64,000 nt of DNA. Source: Heterodontus francisci. Its lineage: Eukaryota. How positions within the stretch are numbered: the stretch's first letter is position 1; each line of letters starts with the position of its first letter. The position numbers were made by a program, and so were the translations under genes. The notes under the pieces are model-generated. The model was not told the origin of the DNA and did no database searches. It saw nothing but the letters and a program-made list of their open reading frames with translations. The stretch spans positions 65,745,326-65,809,325 of the forward strand of contig NC_090395.1 of assembly GCF_036365525.1 (NCBI RefSeq), read 5' to 3'. Positions 12,281 through 23,208 of this stretch are shown piece by piece.

Positions 12281-14513
12281 GGGCTGGGTTTTCAAAGGTG
12301 CGGGAGCAGGTGCACATGCAATTTGAAGTTTACATTCTTGAAGGTCGACACCAGGTCCTACTGCCTATGGGAAGGGCTGAGTAACATGATGTAGAGGCAC
12401 AAAATAAAGCTCAGCTGCTCCAAATTGCCACAGGGTAGCCATTGCTGGAACTGTAGAACAGGCTTTTCTCAGTGGTGAGTGGTAGGAATCCTGAGAGGGA
12501 CGTGAGCCTGCTGACATCACTTGGGCAGCTGGGGTTGGCAGGGGAAGGTCTGGTGAACGCACAAAGCCCAGCTGAGGGAGTTCAGATGGGAAAAGGCTAC
12601 TCTGACATTGGACAGAGCAGCCATGATGGGCTTCAGCAGATGCAGCCTCCTGGACGGCAGGAAGGCAGAGGAGAACAGCGGGGGGCTGCAAGGGCAAGAA
12701 GGTGCTACCCAAGATATCGGGTCTGCTGCACTCGAGTCAACTGCCTGCAAATGATGGAGCACCAATGCTGTAGCAATCCAGATAGATGGTCCTGAATCAT
12801 TGTGTTCTGATCCACAATGACCTGAAGCCTCGAGACCCCCACAGCAGTCCCTTACCTGCAGCCATAAAGATCTCTGCTGCCTGAATTTCGATGAAACCGG
12901 GTTGTTCCAGAGACCAGCTGTGGATCTAGGTGGCATCTCACAGTTGGCAGCTCCTCACGCCATCAGGCAGGTGACGGATGGACGGCGGGGGACCACACCA
13001 ACTTTGGCAGAGATTGGCCTGCGCAGGCACAGAGGGCATTGGGTTCAGCTTCGATCCCTGGATTCCCCCAGGTGCAGGGCATCATCAAGGCACCCAGTGA
13101 ACAGCCAATGAGATCCATCAACAGGAAGGGTTTCCACTCCCTCAATGTCCAACTGGTTTGCAACCATAACAAGTGCTTCCTCGATGTGTCCGCTGATTTT
13201 CCTGGCAGCTGCCATGATTCCTTCATCCTCCGTCAGTACAGGCCACCTTGGATCTTCACACCAACCCCTAAAGTGTGTGGTTGGACCATAGGGGCAAGGG
13301 ATATCCCTTGAATACATGGCTACTCAGCCGTCTACAGGAGCCCCAGACAGAGGCACAGAGGTGATACAACCAATGCCACCTGCTCAGCAGGTCAACCATT
13401 GAGCAGGCCATTGGGCGTCTGAAGATGTGATTCTGGTGCCTGGTTGGTCTGGTGACACCCTCCAATACCCTGCTGCAAGGTTCTTGGTCATTGTGGTGGA
13501 TTGCTGTGCTCCCCATTGCATGGACCTTGTGGACAGTGAGACTCTGGAAGGAGACAACTCATAGGGGGAAGAGCAGGAGGTAAGAGAGGAGGAAGAGGGG
13601 CAGAGGGGGATGACAGTGAAGAGAGAGAGGTGCTGCTGCTAGACGAAGAGGTGGCCTCTTCCTACCATGTTCCAGGAAAACGACCTCCCTCCTCTCCCTC
13701 ATAGACTCCAGCATTAGATCCAGGTGGCATCAATGAAGCGAGGGTCTGCACTGCCCCTAGTGCCAGGCCTCCGACCCAGCTTCAATCTGCCTATTTCCAC
13801 TTTAACTGAGCTTGGAAGGTGGGCAGGTGACCAATCCAATCCAAAGACATGAGTTGGAACTTTCAATATGACATTGAGTCTGCGAGCCTCATAATTCGGC
13901 AGCTTTTGAACTTTAACAGCTGTCAGCCTGGTTACCGCAGCATCTGGCAACCTGGAAATCTTATTGAGGTGCGGACTTGGTGGATTCAGGAGGGAAGTGC
14001 CTTCATACCCACCTCCTGGATCCAGCTACCTGCCTGAGGAGGCTCTGTGATTGGACTCCCCCAACCTCCGTGACCTTTCCCCCACAAGGCCTCTGACCTC
14101 CTGACCCCAAACCAGGCCCCGATCCCCCAACACCAAATTCGCCCACCAAGGCCATTGACATTCCCCACCTCAGGACCCAACCTTCCCCACAGACAGCCCC
14201 CTCCAGCTAACCCCCCCCCCCCCCCCCACCACCCTCTCCAATCGCCCTCCCACCCTGATTGCAGCTCCCCATCCGGTCACCCCTCACCTTCCCGATTGAC
14301 CCCCATTTCCAGTGTGAACTTACCTGCTGCTTCTGCCTGACTGGGGGTCCAGCTTGTCAATCAGGCTGGGCCTCTGGATGAGGAACTGATCATTGGTGTC
14401 AGAGACAAGCTTCTAAAACTCAACTGCATGTGGGGGAATCTAGAATTGTGGGATTCTCCCCAACTTTCTGACTGATCTGCTCCCTGTGAGTCACATCAGT
14501 AAAAATTCTGACC
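12281..14513 (+). mobile_element. Decayed Harbinger transposon in gene A intron 1
   Basis: HARBI1-like motifs GFPQVQG, NRKGFHSLNVQLVCNH, FPGSCHDSFIL, IEQAIGRLK. Imperfect TIR-like ends (gggctgggtttt / aaaattctgacc). Absent from the paralogous gene B intron. Confidence 0.8.
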
Positions 14514-14738
14514 TTTATTTCAAAAGTAAATTATTGGCTGTGAGGTCCTTTGTCTCATCCTGAGGCTCCGATAAGGCACTAGTTAATGTTTTCTTTCCTC
14601 AGAAACTAGAAGGAATTCAATGCATTATTAGATAGAGTGGAGAGATTCCTCTGTACCCAGTGGTAACTCTTATTAAAATGTATTTGTTTGTATTAAGCAG
14701 TTATTCCCTGTTCAGTTTCTGAAATGTTGTCTCCTCAG

Positions 14739-15050
14739 TTTCAGGTGCATGGTGGGGAAGCAAGAATGTTACAGAAATTGTGGGAAGATCGATCACAATA
14801 GATTGTCAGTATGACAGATGGTACGCGTCAAATGTGGAATATTGGTTTCAGGGCTGGAGTCGCGATTGTTCAGTTTTAGTAACATCAAATTGGCAAAGTG
14901 AAAGAATGTCAATCACAGATAACAAGAGACAAGGAATATTTTTTGTTACAATGAAGGATCTTCGCTCAGGAGATGCAGGATGGTACAACTGTGGTATTGA
15001 AAATCTGTGCCTCGATCCAATGATTGCTGTAGAGATACAAATATCTTACG
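14739..15050 (+). CDS. Gene A exon 2: V-set Ig domain, CD300/pIgR/TREM-like
   Basis: VSGAWWGSKNVTEIVGRSITIDCQYD..VEYWFQGWSRDCSVLV..RMSITDNKRQGIFFVTMKDLRSGDAGWYNCGIE. Acceptor ctcctcag (in-frame alternative 6 nt downstream); phase-1 donor at 15051. Confidence 0.92.
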
Positions 15051-15779
15051 GTACATTTCTCAGTGATTTTCTTTATTACTCTCTACTGAAATGTCTAATC
15101 AATGTTTTATCTGGGAGAAACATGACAGCTCCGATATCCCAAGGTTCCGCAGCAGTGCAGAGTCTGTCAGGTAACAGGCAGAGGTCGGGAAATCCGACTC
15201 GTGTTACACACACCCAATTCGTGGCCTGTCCAACTTTCTGACCAAGAATTTTGAGTATTATGGAATTAATAATTCCTTTAACTACAGAGTATTGTGACAG
15301 ACATCATGTGGGATGCTCAGCACATTTCGTTGTCTCTGAACTGTATTAAATATTAGGTCGCAGTCCTGAAACATTAACTTTGTTTCTCTCTACAGTTGCT
15401 GCCAGACTTACTGTGTATTTCCAGCACTTTCTATTCAATAACACTGTCAGATGTTTACATTCAGATTTCAACTAATAATCAAACAATAACAAAAGAGTGA
15501 ACAGCAGGTTGTGACTAATGGTATACATTCCTAGAAATAATAAAAATAGAATCAATCCGCAGAGATTAACAGGATTCACAGACTTCCTGATATGATGGGT
15601 GACACAAATAATCAACAAGATACTTCGATCAGCCTGAATTCAACGCTACAGGTGATCTAAGCTAAAATTGAAAAGCGAGGTCACTGTTTTAAGGATAAAA
15701 GAAGCCTCTTTATTAATTGTTGAGAGATTATCTTCCTTCCAATGGGTCCAGTTAGACAAATAGTAGGGTTTTCACCTGG

Positions 15780-17488
15780 TAACTCACACTTCACCAGTGA
15801 TCAAGAGCAGACAGTGGTGGCAGGGACAGTTGCAGAGAGTCTGTGTCAGAGGGTGCAGCCATCTCCAAACTCTGCTCCCTTGGACCAAGGTGCTGTACCC
15901 CAAGGACCATTGATGAAAAGGATCATCATTGAGGGGCAGCAGAAAACCTGTGACAATATGACAGGCCTTCCACATATACAGTTGTTGAGAGAACAGAACA
16001 GGCTTTTACCTTTAATGGGATGCCAGCTTCCCTGGCAAGGCCAGTGTTTGTTGCCCATCACAACTTGCAAGAACATTTCAGAGGGCAGTTAAGAGTCAGC
16101 CACACTGCTGTGGATCTGGAGTCACATCTAGGCCAGACAAGGTAAGGATGGCATTTGTGAAGCAGATGGGTTTTTATAACAATCAATGTTAGTTCCATGG
16201 CACCATTAGTGAGATTAGCTTTCAATATTTTATTAATTAATTGAATTTATTTGCCACCAGCTGCTGTGGGATTTGAACCCTTGCCCCACAGCATTAGTCA
16301 GAGCCTCTGGATTACTAGCCCAGTGACAACACTTATCACTACACCACCATCTCCCCAACTCAAGCATGAATGGATTGATGTCACAGGACATTGTAAAGAT
16401 GTCTTCTTCCATGGATAGAGTGGCCAACAGCATTAAACATCAATCAAGACAATCAAATACAAGCATGCTGACCTTGACCATGGCCGAGCAGACTCTGGGT
16501 GCCAACATGTCTGGCGCACACTTTGGACTTGGCCTTACAGCACGTCGCTAATCTCCACCAATCTGCTCACAGTGGTAGGAGTGATGTGTGGCTGGGCCAT
16601 GAGAGGGATGGGGAAAGGGGACATGGAAATGGGGCTCCACTCAAACCATTCCTAATTCTCACCCACTGACCCCCACCGCCCCAGTCAGTATCCAACATGC
16701 TGCTCCTCTCCCGATGGCCATGTCTGCCCCCACACAGGTGCAGGTGGAGCAGTGTTTTCGAGGCCCTCATAGGCTCCAAAGCCCTGAGGTGGTCGACCAA
16801 GAGCATCTGAGCAGTCAGAGCAGGGATGTGAGCAGCCTGCCTCCACCCTCACTGAAACCACAAGAGTTGCACCACATCGGAGTGGTAGGAAATGGAAGAG
16901 TAAAGCTTTATAGTTCCAAAAGGGTATGGACATAGGTGATTGAGCAAATCTTATGTTGTTAAGTTTCTGTCGAAGCACATAATATTTATTAGTTTGCAAC
17001 AATTTCTTGCATTGTTCATTCCTGGTTACTGCATGGCAAGTTGACTTCACATTTGCTTGTTGAAGAATGGGAAAAGATGAATTGATGTGGGGAAGTGCAA
17101 TGGGTTGTTTCTGGTTGCAGGACAGCTTTGTGGCAGTGAGATTGGAGGGTGTGTGGAGGGAAATCAAAGTGGTTGTTACATCGATCCAATGGTGGTAACT
17201 AACTGAACCTTACAGCTATGAGGGAATCCCTGGCATTCTGGGCAGAAATGTGAGTGGCTGGAACAATGTTGTGCAGAGCCCAGAACAACACGTTCATTCT
17301 GGAGACCCTGGCAGATGAGAACTGAAGGGCACCTCCATATCTGTCCACGCATCTGAAGCACATCTTAAACATGCCATTCACTCACTCAATGCCATATCTG
17401 GTTGCCATCTGACTTTCATTGTATTGCTCTTGGGCTTTATGAGGTGGGTTTCACAAGGGTGTCTTCAGCCATGTTTGAAGTGGGTATA
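15780..17488 (-). mobile_element. Harbinger remnant (transposase C-terminus on minus strand; convergent accessory-ORF debris)
   Basis: 17200-17488(-) reads YPLQTWLKTP..YNES..GMFKMCFRCVDRYGGALQFS..ALHN, the HARBI1 C-terminal motifs. Confidence 0.7.
16070..16350 (-). mobile_element. tRNA-derived SINE (same family as 37752-38415)
   Basis: Reverse complement has the A/B-box head ggtggtgtagtgataag..ggttcaaatcccac and a body matching the 37752 copy. Confidence 0.7.
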
Positions 17489-17669
17489 CTTTGTTTGGGT
17501 CAAAATCCTGGAACTCCCTTCCAAGCAGCCCTGTGGGTTTACCTACACCACATAGACTGTGTGATTCAAGAAAGCAGCTCATCACCACCACCTTCTCTAG
17601 GGCAATTAGGGATTGGCAATAAATACTGGCCTTGCCAGTGATATTGACATTCAATGAACAAATAAATCC

Positions 17670-18348
17670 CAACAGGTGGTTGACAGTAGATGGGGGCTGG
17701 TTGGGGGGGTCGGGGGGGTGGAAGCGGTAATTTAAATTGGTGGAAATGTGCAACCCAACTGCAAATATCCCTACTTGGGGTTTAACCACAGCAGGTTCAA
17801 GGCATCAAAGTATCCGGCTCAGGAAAGGCAGGTCAATGATTATAATATTTAATTGAGTCTCTGGTTCTCAGATTTTGGGATCTATTTGAATTTAAAGGTA
17901 ACAGACTGGTTTCCCAAGGCTCGGGAAATCAGACTGTTTAAGTGAGGCAGGAACTGCCAGATCCAGAAGGAAAGTACTTTTCCAGCACTGTTTGAGGGCC
18001 AGGAGGAGCAGGAGTGCTTCCCACTGTGGTGCTATCTCCCCCATCGCGAGTGACCAACAGAGTCCCCCCCCGCACACCCCCCCCGCCCCACCCCAGTCAG
18101 TTCTCCCTCCCTTCCTCCTCATTGCCGATCTCTGAGCCCCCACCCCCCCCAACTCCTGACATTCTACTGTGGGGTTTCCCACTCGACAGCTGGCCTCTCA
18201 ATCTGGTCCACTGCCCGGCGGGAAACGGAGTAAATGAATTATATTGAGGTTCTGCCATTAAATTCAACACAATATCCACCTTTCCAGTATATCCAGGTTT
18301 CTCGATCACACACACACTTCCTCCCCACTTCCCTGTGAATTTCAGGCC
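17670..18348. mobile_element. Non-autonomous GC-rich DNA element with Harbinger-like terminus
   Basis: Ends in tgaatttcaggcc, resembling the TIRs at 10411 and 57204. The left end is obscured by a LINE tail at 17490-17665. Confidence 0.45.
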
Positions 18349-18808
18349 AAAGAATTCCTTTGCAGCAGCAAGTAATTAAAACCAATCTCAATTACACTCC
18401 TGATCTAAAGCCAGAAAACATGTAATAGATATCTGCCAGCTCTTTGCCCTCATTTTCTACTGGGATTTTCCTTGACTCTCTCCCATTAGTTCACATCGGA
18501 GAGTCAAACAATTAAACAACATTGGAGATTGGCTACCCATGACTGAGAGAAACTGTTATCCCTGATTTTCATGTTGACACATCCTCAATATCATTGCTGC
18601 AGTCGTGACCTGCAGCTCTGCAATGTTCTGATCCAATGGTGGGCATGGTAGTTCAGGCTATGTGGAGAATGCAGAGATATGGAGAGGTAGATGTGCTGGT
18701 AAGATTCCAACATGGCAGGCCCTGGATGAGGTACAGAAGTGCTGAAAATTGGAGAGTATTTGATTTGTAGATGTTCAGTCAGTATCTGAATGTTTTTTTT
18801 TCCCACAG

Positions 18809-19131
18809 AATCCTTGTCTGTTCCTGTACTGAGATTTTTATCACAACCAAATGTCTCATGTTTTGGGGGCTCAGTGTCCTTCTCCTGTGAGTCTGTCTGA
18901 GGATCCCTTCCCATTCAGTACACATGGTATGAAAAGACCCCGTCTGAAGATTCAAAGATCTCTGACACCAATAAACTGGATCTACATTGTCAATCCTTCA
19001 CACAGAACATCATCAATATTACTGCACAGCCTCAAATAATCAGGGGAAAAAATCTAGTGAAATGGTCAATGTGTCAGTCTTCAATATAACAGGGAAGAAC
19101 TGCAGTTATGTGACAATAATCAGCAACATTG
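18809..19131 (+). pseudogene. Gene A exon 3: FCRL/PECAM-like C2-set Ig domain, disrupted
   Basis: ESLSVPVLRFLSQPNVSCFGGSVSFSCESV*GSLPIQYTWYEK..DLHCQSFTQ/(frameshift)HHQYYCTASNNQGKKSSEMVNVSVFNITGKNCSYV. TGA at 18898-18900; 323 nt where a phase 1-1 exon needs 324. Strong acceptor (t-run + cccacag) and GTAAGT donor. Confidence 0.88.
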
Positions 19132-19786
19132 GTAAGTGTTACTGTAAACAAACAATATGGTAACAACTTTTTTAATGAATGTCAATCCAAACTCATCACT
19201 GGTTAAATTCATCACTTTGAGAAACTGCAACTAACCAAATTCACTCTATTTAGTTGTCTCAATAGTTAGGAACAAGGCTATTTTTCTTGGAAAATATGTC
19301 CCCCCAAAACATGTGCAAATCGTACAGAAACTCCACTAATCCTATGAGATTAAAATTAAATGTGACTGACTGAGTCTTTATAAACCAATATGCCCATTTC
19401 TAGCAGATGGAATTGTCAAATGCAACCTCCGTCTGTTGTGCCCCAGTTTAGGAAGAATGTTAAGGATGGAGTGTGGAAGATTTGAACTAAAATGATACAC
19501 AGGATGAAAGGCTTTAGTTACGAGGAGAACAGAGGTTATGTGATCTACTGGAGGAATTCAAAATTATTAGGGATTTCATAAATAAATTGGGACTTGCTAT
19601 TTCCACTAGTCAGTCAGTCAGTAACTAGAGGGCATAAATTTATCATCATTAAAAACACAAAGGAAGACGTTAGGAGAATTTGATTGATATAAATCGTTGT
19701 CAGGACATGGCACGCTGGCTAGAATAGTGCCAGAAATAGAATCAATAGCAGCTTTTACAAGTGAAGTGGCAAAAAGGAAACTTAGG

Positions 19787-20423
19787 AAGGCATGCTTGCC
19801 TTCATCGGTCGGGGCATAGAGTATAAAAATTGGCAAGTCATGCTGCAGCTGTACAGAACTTTATTTAGGCCACACTGAGAATATTGCGTGCAATTCTGGT
19901 CGCCACACTACCAGAAGGACGTGGTGGCTTTGGAGAGGGTACAGAAGAGGTTTACCAGGATGTTGCCTGGTCTGGAGGGCATTAGCTATGAGGAGAGGGT
20001 GGATGAACTCGGATTGTTTCCGCTGGAACGACGGAGGTGGAGGGGCGACATGATAGAGGTTTACAAAGTTATGAGCAGCATGGACAAAGTGGATAGTCAG
20101 AAGCTTTTTCCCAGGGTGGAAGAGTCAGTTACTAGGGGACATAGGTTTAAGGTGAGAGGGGCAAAGTTTAGAGGGGATGTGCGAGGCAAGTTTTTTACAC
20201 AGAGGGTGGTGAGTGCCTGGAACCTGCTGCCAGGGGAGGTGGTGGAAGCAGGTACGATAGCGACGATTAAGAGGCATCTTGACAAATACATGAATAGGAT
20301 GGGAATAGAGGGATATGGGCCCCGGAAATGCAGAAGGTCTTAGTTTAGGCAGGCATCAAGATCGGCACAGGCTTGGAGGGCCGAATGGCCTGTTCCTGTG
20401 CTGTACTGTTCTTTGTTCTTTGT
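19787..20423 (+). mobile_element. Young 5'-truncated CR1 LINE 3' end (older CR1 fragment at ~19440-19786 just upstream)
   Basis: ORF 19888..20343 QFWSPHYQKDVVALERVQKRFTRMLPGL..FFTQRVVSAWN; 3' UTR hairpin and (GTTCTTT)n tail. Confidence 0.9.
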
Positions 20424-20437
20424 CCTTGTTTCAATAG

Positions 20438-20558
20438 GACATGAATATTCTTGTGAAATTTCTTCAAGAGTATCACCAGCAACTCCACATTCCACAAGTA
20501 CAAATATACATTCCACTGATAATCAGAATCAATCTTTAGAATCCAAATCTACAGACAG
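20438..20558 (+). CDS. Gene A exon 4: Ser/Thr-rich stalk
   Basis: GHEYSCEISSRVSPATPHSTSTNIHSTDNQNQSLESKSTD. Phase-1 acceptor tcaatag; phase-2 donor AG|GT matches the TM exon. Confidence 0.75.
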
Positions 20559-21049
20559 GTACAATGTTCTCATTGCTGATGTTTTGATTATTAATCTCTC
20601 ACATGGAAGATGTGCCAATGTTCTTTAATCATTTTGACATAAGGAATGAAAATCATGTATTTTTTCAGCATGTAAATCATCAGAATGGAAATGATGGCTG
20701 GGTTTATATCATGCTGTTGTCTTAGCTCCTTAATGAAGGTGCTATGTTTGTTGATGGGGAATAAAAATAAGTAGTAATCACTTCCATTTTATCACCCATC
20801 AGATGGTGCCCTTTCAACTATTTACCATGGTTAATTCACTGTAAACCTAATCTCACGGCCCAAGATAAGTTGTATTTGTCAAACTTACCTTGGCGCTATC
20901 TCTCTGATGTGACACTGATAGAAAAGTTGCATTTCTGCTGGTGAAAGGGAGAAATTACAGCAATATATCTGCACAGCCCTTGGTATCACTAGGGAGAGAC
21001 ATCTTGCAGCATTGGTCAAATTCTCAATGTCAGTCACTACAAATGCAGG

Positions 21050-21680
21050 AAGTTTCTTTTCTTAAATGTTATTCTTGGGAAGTGGGCATTGCTGGCAAGG
21101 TGACAATTATTGCCCATCACTAGTTGCACTGAGATTATGGTTGAGGGCCTTCTTCATCTGCTCATTATGTTCCAACAATGGAGTTAAGAAATTCTATGAT
21201 TTTTAACCGAGCTACACTAAAGAAACAACAGTATATTTCCAAGCCAGAATGGTGTGTAAGTTTGAGGAGGTGAGTTCGCATGATGTTGCTTGTCTCGCCA
21301 AGGATTTTTAATGGATTGTCAGGATGCTGGCATTGCTACAGTGTGTCCTGTAGATAGTATGTCATGCAGCAACAGTGCACCAGTGCTGGAGGGGTGGATA
21401 TTGAGCTCTGTGGTTGGGGCACTGGTCATGTGGATTGTTTTGTCGTAAATAGTGGTGAATCTCGAGTGCTGTTACAGCTGCGCCCACCCAAGGTGAGTAT
21501 TCCATCACTCTCCCAACTTGAGCACTGCAGCTGATGGCAAGGCTTTGAGGGATCGTGGGTGAGCCACTGGGTTGCAGAGTACCCAGCCTCCACCCTGTTT
21601 TTGTCACAACAATGTTGGCATGGCTGGTCCAGTGAAGCTTTTGTCAATAGTGACCCCCTTGGATGTTGATGGCAGGGGAC
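21050..21680 (-). mobile_element. Decayed 3' fragment of the LINE family at 1-2600
   Basis: Antisense tail (tgggcattgctggcaagg..ttattgcccatc) and the VMEYSP motif. Confidence 0.7.
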
Positions 21681-22329
21681 TTGTTTTTAAGTCATGTCAT
21701 TTTCAGTCAAGGTTTGGAAGAGGTTTTCTCCAACTCATGTCCTGTGAGTATATTTTCACCCAATGTGTTTGCAATGTGAATACTCAATTAGCACAATTCA
21801 CTTCTTATTTCCATATTATTATCCCAAGTTGTCAGCAATAAGCAGCAGAAATTGTAGTCCCATTTAAACACTAAGGAATTGGGTCTTTGAAGTTACAATG
21901 GTAACAGGGAGAAAACACCAACTAGATGTCAAGCAGAAACACAGTCTGCTGGAAATACACAGCAGGTCAGTCCACACCTGTGGAGAAAAGAGACAATTTT
22001 ATGGTTCAGGTGCAGACACTTCTTCAGAATTCTAGTTCACATCCAAACCTAAAGGTAACTGTTCAACAGATGCCGACAAACCTGCTGTTTCCAGCAACTT
22101 CTGTTTTTCTTTCAGATTTGTAGCTCATGCAGAGTATTTATTTTTACCAAATAAATGCTAATTATGTAAAACATATTGAAAAATCTACGTATTTTATTTT
22201 AGGACATATCTCCGTGTGTTCTGTTATTTAAATTTGGTGATGAGGATTATCTGAATATCAAATCCATATAGTGCACGTTGTCGCTGCTATTTTTTCTTTA
22301 CTTCTGTCTTTAACTTACCAGGCATTAAA

Positions 22330-23058
22330 CATGGTAGCACATCGCCTTCTGAGTCAGAAGGTTGTAGGTTCATGTCCCACTCCAGAAGCCTGAGCACATT
22401 ATCTAGGCTGATACTCCCGTGCAGTACTGAGGAAGTGCTGTGCGATCAGAGGTGCCATCTTTAAATGTGATGTTAAACGTAGGCCCCATCTGCTCTCTCA
22501 GGCAGATGTAACAGATCCCATGATAATATTTGAAGAGTGGGGTGGTTCTCCCTGGAGACGTGGCCAACAATTATCCTTTAATCAACACGACTAAACAAAA
22601 CAGATCATCAGTTCATTCATCCAGTTGCTGTTTGTGTAAGCTTGCTGCATGCAAAATTGGCTGCCACGTACAATACAATGGCGACTATTCGATCAGCGAT
22701 CGCCAGAGCTGGCGGGCAACCATAAAGGTGGGGCTAAAGTGCGGCGAGTCGAAGAGACTTAGCAGTTGGCAGGAAAAAAGACAGAAGCGCAAGGGGAGAG
22801 CCAACTGTGTAACAGCCCCAACAACCAATTTTATCTGCAGCACCTGTGGAAGAGCCTGTCACTCTAGAATTGGTCTTTATAGCCACTCCAGGCGCTGCTT
22901 CACAAACCACTGACCACCTCCAGGCGCTTACCCATTGTCTCTCGAGACAAGGAGGCCAAAGAAGAGAAGATTCTTCAAAATTACTTCATTGCTTTTCAAG
23001 TGCTTTGGGACATCCTGAGGTCATGGAAGGCGCTATATAAATGCAAAACTTTCTTTCT
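22330..23058 (+). mobile_element. DeuSINE-type SINE interrupted by an RTE 3' fragment
   Basis: Deu-domain 22410-22680; tail ggcgctatataaatgcaa at 23030-23047. Confidence 0.75.
22690..22970 (+). mobile_element. RTE-clade LINE 3' fragment
   Basis: C-terminal CSTCGRACHSRIGLYSHSRRC zinc-finger motif, short 3' UTR and AAG-rich tail; near-identical copy at 28158-28436. Confidence 0.8.
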
Positions 23059-23122
23059 TAAAAGAAGTAGCCAAGAATCAATTAAGAACCAGCACTGACC
23101 CTTCCTATTCTCTGTATCACAG

Positions 23123-23208
23123 CTTGGTTTTCATTGTGCTCAGTGTGCTGGGGGCCCTTCTTGTGTTTGTTGTTTCTCTACTTTTGCACCTGATGCAAAC
23201 AAAAAAGG
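23123..23208 (+). CDS. Gene A exon 5: transmembrane segment with no Lys/Arg/Asp/Glu in the core
   Basis: SLVFIVLSVLGALLVFVVSLLLHLMQTKK. Pyrimidine tract + tcacag acceptor (phase 2); donor G|GTGAGT (phase 1). Confidence 0.88.

Noticed and set aside
15059-15100. Heptamer-like CTCAGTG just after both V exons (also 58381), suggesting RAG-rearranging V segments
   Set aside because: It lacks the obligatory CAC and has no nonamer at 12 or 23 nt. The exons already include the G strand and end in splice donors, and they are CD300-type rather than Ig/TCR/IgNAR V segments.
18898-18900. Selenocysteine or programmed read-through at the exon-3 TGA
   Set aside because: A frameshift follows in the same exon, and the position matches Arg in the FCRL-like RGS motif, so CGA>TGA is the simpler explanation.
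22530-22913. Small C2H2 zinc-finger gene
   Set aside because: The ORF is a chance fusion of DeuSINE sequence with an RTE ORF C-terminus that is repeated at 28158.
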